From Ginglymostoma cirratum (lineage: Eukaryota): a DNA stretch of 64,000 nt. Shown piece after piece: positions 26,658-37,700 of this stretch. Below the pieces are notes generated by a model. That model had not been told where the DNA came from. It did no database searches and was given only the letters and a program-made list of their open reading frames with translations. Numbering within the stretch: the stretch's first letter is position 1; each line of letters begins with the position of its first letter. The stretch covers positions 22,647,518-22,711,517 of the forward strand of contig JAHRHZ010000041.1 of assembly GCA_024137785.1 (NCBI GenBank). The letters are read 5' to 3'. Made by a program: the position numbers and the translations under genes.

Positions 26658-28328
26658 ATCTTCCTCAGGAAAGGTGAGTCCTGAAAGCATCAGAACACTG
26701 CGAGCTCCGTCAGACTCCTCTGAAGATGCTCAAGCCACACATGCCAAGATGATGAGTCCTGGCAGAGAAAGGGAAATGTCCCTGTACAAAAAGACAAAGC
26801 GAGCAATAACCAGCAGGAAATACAGTGTCTCCAAGCATGAGGCTGAGGCTGATGTATCCACACCCATCGAACTTATCAGCAGAGGCCCTGATGGACGTTT
26901 CATCATGGATCCCACCGAAATGGAGACATCATTGAAGACAAGGAGGATTGAGGGCTTTCCTTTCGCAGAAGAGACGGACACCTACCCTGAGTTCCGGCAA
27001 TCGGACGAAGAAAACAATGAGACTCTAACTCCAACTGCCATAATGGGCTTGAAGTCTCAGCTCTCCCCTCTCTCATCGAGTCAAGAGTCATACTTACAGC
27101 CACCAGCATATAGCCCATCATTCCAGAAAACAGACGAAAGCATGGGAGGCTTAGATGCAAGGCTGCAGGCCACCGGTCAGATCAGGCGACCTGTTAAAGG
27201 TTATCCTCCAAGCCAATTTTATGGTTATCTCAGCAGTAGCTCTGCAGACCAAGACAGTCAGCCATTTTACATGCCAGATATTAGTCCCCTCAGTTCAGTG
27301 ATGTCTTCACCTCTATTACTTACTGAAGGACCCTTTGCTCACCCCACCCTCCCTGCAGATCAAGGAGATACTGAAATACAGCACTTGGTCGCTTCCAGTA
27401 GCACTCTGCCTTTGACTCACACGCCAACTACTAATCGGTCTCCTGAACCATGGAGAAGGAAGGAATTGTCAATCAGCAGCATTGAAAGCTCTCCAGTTAT
27501 CTTTTCACACCAACAAGATACACCTGAGAGTACACTGCCAAAGGCTGGTCTTCCAAGGGGTGGCCCCCCTTCCTCACTCCAGGTCCCAGCACCATACCAC
27601 AGTGTGCTGCAACTGGAGGCACCAAAGAGTCGGACTGGCAAAACTCCCAGCAAAACAAGCGAATCTGTCTCCCTCTCTCAAAAACATCCACATCAACCTA
27701 TGCAACAGAGTCATGGGCAGCTAAAGCATACCAGCCATGGTATAAGTGCACCTACATTGCCTTACACTGAATCAGCCAAACAGGCTGGTCCTAGTGGCAC
27801 AAGCACATTCAGCCTGGACACCAGGTGGTACGAACCTAGACCCAGGCCCAGACCCAGCCCTAGACAAGGCAGAAGGACTGAGGCCAGTTTACACCAGGTG
27901 GTTCTACAGCCTTCCCGGCTCTCCCCTTTGACTCAGAGTCCTATGAGTTCCCATCACGCCTCCCCAGAGATTTCATCCCGTCCACGGCCTCGGCCTAGTA
28001 TGCAGCCCTCCCGTGGCATCTTTCCTGCAGGTATCTCTGTAGAGATGTCTGAAATTACCCTGCAGCCTCCTGCTGTTGTTAGCTTATCCAGAAGGTCCTC
28101 TCCGTCCTCCTCACCAGCACAAAGCAGCACTGCTGGCCAGGGCAGCAGACGCGGAAGCCCCAGTTATAGACCTCACATGGCACTGACACCTTCTACAGGC
28201 AGCTACACAGGATCACCTTCTCCTGCAGCAGAACGCAGCGAGTTTTATAGTCAGATCCCTAGCCAAAGGAGGAGAGGTGAAGAAATTCCTCCTTTTGAAC
28301 ACCCACCTTCACACTTATCTACTTCAGG
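26658..28328 (+). CDS. IGSF9B: IGSF9B large cytoplasmic-tail exon (1671 nt)
   Basis: ctctcag|A TCT TCC TCA GGA AAG GTG...TCA GG|gtaggt; ORF 26674..28332. Contains the IGSF9-family motifs TPIELISRGPDGRF, RRIEGFPFAEETD, PPAY (27100-27111) and LHQVVLQPSRLSPLTQSP. Confidence 0.97.
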
Positions 28329-28759
28329 GTAGGTATTTTTAAGAAAAAAAAGAATGTTGAACCGGATGAGTTAGAAAGCAATTTTGATTTCTTCCCTATG
28401 TCTAAGTATTGTTGACTTATATTGGAATTCCTGTGTTCCAAGATAGACATTTACTTTATCTTCACTGTACATAATCCTTTTTTGAACATTATTCACCATT
28501 TAGTTAGTACTTGTTTGCATTCAGTTAAGCAAAACTGCTGATGTTAGAAACTGAACCCAGCTCATCAAGTTTTCAAATAGCGTTTTTGCTTTCCTAGAAT
28601 TGTACTGAAATTTTAGCCTGTGTTGTTATTATGAAGTTCACCAGACCGGAAATTCCAATGCAAAATTTCCTTCAATTTCTGATTATCTTCATTGTGCCTA
28701 CTATGTGAGTTGACATTTGCACTTTTATGACAAGTTCTAATCGATCTGTTGAGGCCATT

Positions 28760-29100
28760 CACACCTCTGAGTCAGCATCTTGTGGGTTCAGGACACAGTC
28801 TAGGTCTTAGCATGTAAATTAGCTTGAATGTAGAATTTGTTAGAGGTGCTGTGGTTAAAGCAAAACATTAGAATTAGGGCCAATGTTAGTTTATTCTGGT
28901 TTGAAGTAAATATGAATTTCCACTTGGCATCTTGGCCAACATTCATCTCCCAAAATTTGGACTCACCAAAAACATTTAAATTATTTAGTCACTTCTCTGT
29001 GTGAAAAAATATGGCTGCAGTGCTTATCTGTGAAATAACTGTCATTATTTGGTAATTGGATTAATTGAATATGTATGAACATGATAAGATGCTACATAAA
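28760..29100 (+). mobile_element. Old Deu-type SINE remnant
   Basis: cacctctgagtcag...tgtgggttcagg head, cttggccaacattcatctc, tail gatgctacataaatgtag. Confidence 0.55.
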
Positions 29101-29959
29101 TGTAGAATACAAATTCTTAATTTTCATTTTGCTGAAATGGGTGTTTCTCACATTATAAGTATTATAATGTGAAACTAGCTGTAAAAGCATCAGTTCAAAC
29201 ACTCTTAACATTTCACAATTATTTTACTCCTCAAATGATGTGAATAATGTTTTAAAGCAAAGCTACCCACACAGCCAAGGGAATAGCAGATATTTTTAAG
29301 GGATGCTTTCTTTCTTAATTATGTAAGGACAGATTTTCAGGGATCTCTTTCTGTGATCCAGTGGTCCAAAAGGCAATTCATTCAGTGGATCAGCCGAACA
29401 AAGCACTCCTTGCCTTTCTGCTGCTCACTGCTCCTCCAATCTCAAGTTGTTTCCCTTTCACACTCACTGCTATTTGGTATACTCATGGGATGCAGTTGTG
29501 TCTATTAACAATAAGCACAGAAGAGAAACTGTGATGAGAGGAGCAGTGAGAAGGTGAGCGGCAGTAAATGACCTCTCAGACTGATCTGGTAGTGATTTAT
29601 GAGCAGCAGGCATTGGCTAAAACACTGCCCAATTGGGAGAGGTCAGCAGACTGCTGGGTGGGCATGGTCTGCATGGCCAAGACCATCATCCTGGTAGTCA
29701 TCCCACAAAATTACAAAGCGGTACACTGGGATAGGGGATTAGGAGGAGGGGCCGCTTAGTGAGTGATTTAGGGGAGGAAGTTTTGAAAGGGAGACTTCAA
29801 ATGCTTGTGTTCTGATAAATGAAGTCATCCATTACAATACTGGTAAGTAACATTATTACAGGATATGTTTATCTGTAATGTATAATTATAATGATTTATG
29901 AAACACGTGGTCATAAGAGCAGTAGTTTGTAGGAAGCATACAGATAATTCATAACTCTG

Positions 29960-30005
29960 AATAGAGGTACAAGAACATTAAAGTTTGGGAACCACTGTTC
30001 TAGAA
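29960..30005. mobile_element. hAT/Charlie-type MITE terminus
   Basis: aaagtttgggaaccactg (reverse of CAGTGGTTCCCAAAC) followed by TTCTAGAA, the NTCTAGAN target consensus. The other end is not clear. Confidence 0.45.
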
Positions 30006-31339
30006 CATAGCTTTGGGAACAAAAACACAAAATGAACTGACCCTATTGTTCCAGAGTGTAGTCAGAACTGAGACTGACCTTTTAACTTTACTTACTTTTG
30101 ATTGGGGTGGAAGAACCTTTGAAACTCTGATATTTGAAACTTGCGCTTTGCAGTTTTCACGCAAAGCTTATGGTTGCTGCTTGTTGCAGGATCTTGTTAA
30201 ATAGGTTGGTGTATTATATGGAGGATAAATAACAGTAAGTTTTCTACATACACAGTATTGGTGGCAGAGCCCCAATGGCATCCTGCCTGTGATTCTCTCT
30301 CCCTTCATTTTAATGGGCAGGATAAGATGGGCAGTGAGCAGATAAGGCTACTTACTCATAGTACACATTCTTATATTGGTCCTTACTGTCCTGAAAGAAG
30401 ACCATTGAATAGTGTAATGACTGTAACATTCCAAATTTGGATAATATATTACCACAGCAAATCATCAGAAAATTATTTGTTGTTAAACCCTAGCTTAAAT
30501 GCCACTTATGCAATATATGTGAGACTTCGTTGGATGTTTTTAATGGAAAAAATGGCTTTCAAATAGTCAGGCAGGTGATAACATTGCCAATTTAGAACAG
30601 TGCTCAGTCATTATATGGACAAAAATATGCCCCAGTGTCATAACGGCAATTATACTTGGCTCCCCTGCGTTGTCTATTATCACAAGTGATGAGTTACCAT
30701 CGAAATTACTGACAGCATTCAGATTATAGTCTACATTATAGTCTACTCACAAATGCTAATGGTACTAAAATTACTACTTGGGACATAAGTCTAAGAACAC
30801 CATACACACTCCTAAAATATTCTTTTGTCTGCTATTTTAATGAAAGCTTTAATCCATTTGTTTAAATTAATTAGCTCATCTGTTACAATAATGGCTTTGG
30901 AACTCTTGGGCAAATGTGTTAAGCGTTTTTGCACTAATACTACAAATGGTCATTCTAATCTATGATGATCATTAGCAAACTTGAATCAAACCAAAGCAAA
31001 TCAATGTGAAATATGATATGAGTGCTCGATAAAGGCTAAATCAATCTTTTTTATGAATGTATTTATTTTTGTAATTCAAAGTGTATATACCAGGATAACC
31101 TATCACAAAATTGTATTCAAGAGCCAACCCAGTGCTTTAATGCCTTTTCACAATGGAGGTGACCAAAAATGCCAAACCACTCCATCACAGTGATAGCTAT
31201 TTTGATCAGTCTTTTTGAAGAATAATGAGTGTTTTTTAACAAATCTGAAGGTATTCTAAAAGGTGCACTTTTAAATACATATTTTCAAATTAATTGTATC
31301 CTTAATTCTGAATTTAGAAGAGTTCAGAATTTGAGGTAA

Positions 31340-32030
31340 GAATATAACAACCAGGAGCAGGTCATTTTTGCCCTTCAAATCTGCTTCACATTTAATACTG
31401 TCACGGCCAATCTTCTACTTACAATTTCACCTTTTCACATCGTCCCATGTCCTTTAACTTCCTTAATATTTAAAATTTAATCAATCTGTCTTCAATATAT
31501 TCAATGCCTGAGCATCCTCAGCGTTCTGGGATAGTGAACTTTGAGCGAAGTAATTTCTCCCCCTCTCAGTTGTAAATGGCCATCCTCTTAACTGGGCCTA
31601 TGACTCGAGTTCTCAACTCCCCAGCCAGGGGGAAACATATTCCCAGGTTATACCCTATCAAGGCTGTGAAGAATTGTAGTTTCGATTTTACTTCTCTTTC
31701 TACTAAATTCCAGCAAACAAAGGCCTACTTCACTTGATCTGTCCTCATCGGATAGTTTCCTCATCTCAAGATTCTGTCTAATGGACCATTATTCCACCAA
31801 AACTAATATATCTTTTCTTAGCTAAAAGATCTAAAGCTTTGTATATTTCTAGGAAAAAAAAACTAATGATCTGTAAATTTATAGTAAGATCTCTTCAATG
31901 TTATACACTAATCCCGTTGTAATAGAGGCTAACATTCCATTTGCTGTTCAATTGTTTGCCATAGTTGCATGCTGTCTTTCTGTGTTTCATGTACTAAGAC
32001 ACCCAGGTCCCTCTAAATTGCAACTTGATT
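31340..32030 (-). mobile_element. CR1 LINE 3' fragment
   Basis: aagaatataacaaccaggagcaggtcatt tail, ccccagccaggggaaaca, and ggctaacattccatttgc...gacacccaggtccctct. Confidence 0.75.
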
Positions 32031-35000
32031 TTTTTGAATTCTTAAACTTATAAAAGTGCTACTAATACCTTTTGTACCAATCAATGATATATTATCCCAT
32101 ATATCATTTGAATGCAAGTCATTCCAGCTCATCTGCCCACTGAGAACTTCAGCTATGTACTTCATTTGAAAGAGAGGAAGAAAAGTGACATGATCTAAAA
32201 TGGACAGAGTAAATATTCTGTTAAATAATTTTTGTATGCAGTTTCTGTGCCAAGATTTCTTCTTTCCGAATCAAGTTTTTGGTTATCTGAGAATGTTCTG
32301 ATTTTGATATCTAATCAAAGAAAATTGTTGTCAATCCATATCTTCAACCCTGTTAAGCAAGAAAGATTACAATTCAAACTGCAGCAACAGAAAGTGTATC
32401 TCAAATCTAGAATTACAGGATTCTCAGGATGAATCAATAGATTAATTCTTTCCTGAAGGCTCCTCCACATTGTTGTGTAGGAAACTATAAACTGGCCTTG
32501 AAAATAATTTTGGATGGTTATTAACTGTTCACTTCTTTATTAATTATTGCTGCTAATATTGTTTAATGCTTCATTATGACATTTTAGGGATGAGCAAACT
32601 ACTCAGGAATCAAATTATGTTCTGCTCAGGCTGATGTCAGCAATAGAACATAAAGTAGTTCGACACTGCCAAACTTACTGCGGCAGCAATTGTAAATTCA
32701 GAATTTGTGTTCTAGAAACTTAAAGTGTGAGTCTGCCTTTTGATATCCAGACAAATTTATACTATCTCCAATTTCCGGCCCAGTTCTTTCCTCATCCCAG
32801 GAATGTTTATTGATCTCTAACGTATTTGCATCTTGTTAAGGTACCATCCATTCACCATTGTACATGCATATGTATTTTCATTTTGACCATTTTTAAAATG
32901 GTGGAGTTCACCTTACACATTGCTTTGAAATTTCCATTTTGGGTAAATCAGAATCAGCTGCAAGCGTGCAAGCAGTTTGAAGAACTGAATATTTGTGTTA
33001 AGATGACCAATTCATTCCTTTTCTAACCTGCTATATTTCTGTCCTTGTCAACCCTGTGAGACCGAAAGGCATTGTGTTTTATTTACGTAGACTAGGTGTA
33101 GAAGATTCATTAAGTTTTCGTGAAAGAAGTAGGCCTACCCTTATTTCACTGGGTATGTTTTCATTTTGCTTAATTACAGCTATGCGCCATTAACTCAGCC
33201 TGTTCCTCAGGCATTTGACATGCTCAAGGTTTAAGTAGAGTGACAGGAATGATGGAATTGAAAATGCTGCTTCAGCTCAGGCTGCAAATAGGTGTCATTA
33301 TTTGTCTGTAATATAATCCAAAGATAATATTATGGACAGTAAATGAGTTTCTAGAGAATTACAAGAAGTTCATTCACTTTGGCTTTGTTTTGGAGGTTAA
33401 TTTGGCAGTTTGTGTCTGAATTGTCATGTTGGGAATTTCCCACAAGGCTGTGTTCTCTAAAACTGTTTGAATCCAGTGTTGAATGATGGAAGCTGCCAGT
33501 CTTTGGTGACCAAGAGAGTTTGTGTGAAAATTAACTTTTGTCAATCTCAGAACAACTTAAAGAATCAAGAGGCCCAATCCTGGATGTCAACAAGTATGTG
33601 GTTTATCTTGGTCTTGGATTGAAGTTGCAGTGAATAATATTCTACATCCAGGAATCATCCCCTACAGTGTCAGATCAATGATAAGCAGTAGTGATGTAAA
33701 AGTAGAGTATTTCTACGTAACAAGTTTCAATTTTCTATGAAGATACAGATTTTGGAAAAATAACAGACATCGAAAGGTCAATTGGAAAAATATTATTCAT
33801 GCATGTAGTTACAATCAACTAGATGTCTGCATCACATGGAAATCTATTATCATGCATAAGTATCAAAACTTAACTGGAAAATCTACAAAAATAGAACTTT
33901 TATTTGCCTAACACACAGTCCATTCTCCTTCCTATCAGCAACATTGACATCTTGCCTAGCTGTAGAGTCAAGGCTTAGAGACCCTTTTCCATGACTGAGT
34001 GTAGGACTAACTGCTTACATTTGAGTAACACCATGTCAGTCTCCAAATAAATCAGTGGCAAATTTACCATTCCTGAATCTGCCAAGCCCCTTTAGAGCAT
34101 TAACTTGCAGAGTTAATTGTAGCTGAATAGGAAAAGTACAGCCCCAATATAAATGGCTTAAATTTACATGTTCCAGCAGTAAGCCAAGATGCCTGGTGAA
34201 TCCTGCTTCAGGCATCATGTTTCCAAGAATACAAAAGCATATCAACTTAGATCCAATGTTCCTTCACAGGAGTATTATTTTGAATGTAACCCCATCCCAA
34301 AGACACTCTGATTACCACTCCCCGCCCCCCTTCACATCATAATAAGTTTGTACAAGGCCAGTCTATTTCTATACTTTCAATGATGAGGTTCCCCTTACCT
34401 TCCACTTCTCTGTCTTCTAAAAAGACAATAGTTTTAACAGGTGGCAGGATAACCTTGAGAGAATTATGCTGGATGTATCTATAGCCGGGGAAGGTTGACA
34501 CTTGCTAACCGGCAAAGACTTTTTTCTAATTACCATATAGTATATGCAATAACATGACAAACATTTGAACAATGATGGCTGGGTAATGTCTGTCTGACTA
34601 ATCTGGTATGTTCCTCAGAGCTGTGATAACTTGTGTGCAACATGTGCACTTTCCACCCCATCTGAAAACACGACCTCCTGGGAGACGCAAAATAATTAGA
34701 CAAAATCCGGGCCAATTACAGGGGGACAAAAACAGGAAATTCCATTTGTAGGCAATTGAAAATAGTCTAGAATAGAATTTCTTGCAATCCCTTCCTCTTG
34801 GAAGTGTTTGCTGTCCATCCAGCTAGAATCAGCTCTGGCCCTCACATGGAGAAGAGAAAGAGATACCGATGTGCTCAATCTCCAGTAATGACTGATCGAC
34901 ATTAGAAGAGCAAATTTTTCAATACAACATCTCTCATTCTGTTTCTTAGCAAAGAATGTTACTGTCTGTACATTCAAATGTATTATTTATAAAGGAGGGA

Positions 35001-37435
35001 CAATGAGCAGCATCATCCATCAGTTTCTTGTCCTATATGTACATCACATTTGTATTTCTTACGCACGGAATGTTTATTTTCACCTTTAACGGTGATAGAT
35101 TGGACAGAGTAACATAATCATTGCCTCGGATGAAACTGAGTTGCCTCCTTTCTCACCTCCAAAGCAAAAGAAACTAGATTTTCTGTCACCTTCACTGTGA
35201 TTGTGTGAAAAACTGTCCCAACATTGCATTGAACTTTTTCTTTATGTGAAATGGATTTGTCATTATTCCCAGAATAGCTACTTGATGTGAAGTCAACTGT
35301 TAGTGAATGGTAAGGCTGGGTGCTCTGAGGTCTACTGCAGTGATGTGAACACGTACTGTTGCTGGTGTCTGTGAGTATTTACTGTGTACACGCACCTACA
35401 TTCTTATACCTTTTCCTTGAATTAGGAAAAAGAAATGTACAGCTGAATACTAAGATAGTCAAACATTTCTCTTTATTTTAAACCATAAACATGCCTCTTT
35501 TGTTTGAAAGCAAAGATAAATAAATCGCCTCACCAGAAAAGAAGCAGCAGATCTTATCTTTAATCAGCCATAACTGTATCTTATAAGATATCTGCGAAGA
35601 GGACAAAATATTTATGTGTATTGTCAATCATCAATCCCAATGTAGGTAGGGTAGACCAGCAATGCAGTCAGAAAGTATTGTGATTCAAAACATTCAGCAC
35701 AGGTGACAAGAGCTCTCCCAACCCTCAAACAGTCTGGGAGACTTGTATTTCATTGATGGCCAATTGAGAATGTTAGCCTGGTGGTTGATTTTCCGATGGA
35801 TCTACCAAGCTCTGTGGCCCAGTTAGCCATATACACATGCATTTTATATTGTTTCAAAATCTTAAATGGACAGGTTAGTACTTGCCTTATGCACTCAATT
35901 CTCTGCTGTATATATTGGAGTACTATTAATGCTGGCTCCAGTTTCCCTGAAAATGAATACATGCTCTAAGTGTTTACTTTTAGAGCGAGGACTCGATAAG
36001 CAGCTGTTGTTTGTTCTTAGCAGGGAGGCTGTTACTCCTGCAGTGTTGATTAATTTCATTTGGGTATGATATTTAGATTTGTTTCAGTTACTACATAGGT
36101 AACTGCTATACATCTGTACTTGCCCTTACCATGAAGATCATTTCAACATTAAATCGTTTGGAGGGTGAACTTAACTGTAGAAATCAAAACCTTAGTATCA
36201 AAGAAGAAAAATGTTGGGCTTGACGTCCTGAATTATACTCACCAATTGTAAAATATATTCATGTAAGTCAATGTTAATAATAGGTTTGCTCTCAATGATG
36301 CGCAATTCAGAAATGGCTAGAATAATCAAACACAAAGCCAGGAGGGATGGAGTAACTGTCTCCTGTTTCTTATATGCATTAAAAGCTATAAGCAGAGTAA
36401 ATTCTGGTAATACTGTGTTCATTTCTTCATGGACTCGACCCCAAATGGAAGAGCTTCCCTAAACTCTTTCTAATCTCTTCAATCAGATAATGCACAAGCA
36501 TAGTCAATGTGAAGCCCAGAATCTTCACATTAATTATAGTTGGCAAGGCAGAAGGTATTTCTACTATGAAATATCAACATTTTCAGAACAACATAAGAAA
36601 TAGTGCTGCTTCTATGTGTCTATATGATGTGTGATTTTTATAACTCCTGAAAGGCACAAAGAGACTTCAATTGCATTGGTGATCACATGCCAATTATCAA
36701 CAATTTTGTAAGTCTGAATTCATTATGAAGCCCATGGGAAGAAGCAAAATATGTAAATGAAAGAAGAAGCTAATAACGATGCTTGAAACTTTATCAAAGA
36801 CCATTGTAAAATAAACAAACTATGTATCGTATCGAATATAATTGGGGAGGGACTACAGAAGGGCACTGTGCCTTTACATTTGCGACTACACTTAGAGGCT
36901 GTTGATATATCTTCTCTCCTTTACATAAGAAGTAAATGTCAGCTGAAATGCTTTGGTTTATTATTGCTGAGTTGAATTGGTCTTTTGCCACGATACGAAC
37001 CCCAGGGCTCATAGATCAGGTCTCCATTCAACCGGATACAATCGATCAGGGTGTGATAAAATGAGTTTGAAGGTTGACATTAATCAATCTTGAAACGTTA
37101 TAACTCAAGGCTGCCTCAATCACTGCTTAAGTGTTCCATTTTTCTCTTCTCTCTGTGAACTCGTTTTCGAGTGAGTTGCAGGTAAAATTATCATGTCTTG
37201 TCATTGTGCTTGAAAACTCCGTATTGTTTTCTTAAAAATGACGTGAAAGTGTCTTTTTGTTTTGTTCAAGATCCTGTTCCATTCTCATTGATGTCAGTTG
37301 CGGTGTACATGGAACCCACTGGCATTATTGAGCATCTTGCTCTTGTATCTGAATGTCTTCATTCGTTTAATGAATATTCTTCAAATTAAATGGATCATTC
37401 AGAGTCTTAACTGCTTTGTTTTTGATTAATCTCAG

Positions 37436-37481
37436 CTATCACGGCAGTGTTGTTGTGACCAGGTCCTCAACACCTCAATAG
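37436..37481 (+). CDS. IGSF9B: Candidate alternative IGSF9B micro-exon ending in a stop (GYHGSVVVTRSSTPQ*)
   Basis: ctgctttgtttttgattaatctcag|C...CAA TAG|gtaagg. 46 nt, phase-2 entry compatible with donor 28328, open until a TAG that occupies the last 3 nt. Confidence 0.55.
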
Positions 37482-37668
37482 GTAAGGGTTGAATCCATGT
37501 CTGAAAGGTGGGGGGATGGGGCAGCAGGCGGGGCTTTTAAACTCATTTTTTTCCTTTAAAGGGGAATACAGTACTTGGAACGTTCTTTGCCTGTCATCGC
37601 TTTCCACTTTTACACTCAATTTTATGTAATTTTCTTTGTTTCCGTCTGATTTTTTCCTTCATTACCAG

Positions 37669-37700
37669 CCGTTAAATTCTCTGCCTCATTCAGCTTCCAG
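37669..37700 (+). CDS. IGSF9B: Candidate alternative micro-exon (PLNSLPHSASR in phase 0) with GC donor
   Basis: Strong acceptor tttttccttcattaccag|CCG; donor CAG|GCAAGT (GC-AG type). An alternative GT donor CAA|GTGAGC lies at 37705. Confidence 0.35.

Noticed and set aside
26674-28332. 552-aa ORF as a standalone single-exon gene
   Set aside because: It starts at a GTG (Val) inside an IGSF9B exon with a valid upstream acceptor at 26657. It is the cytoplasmic-tail exon.
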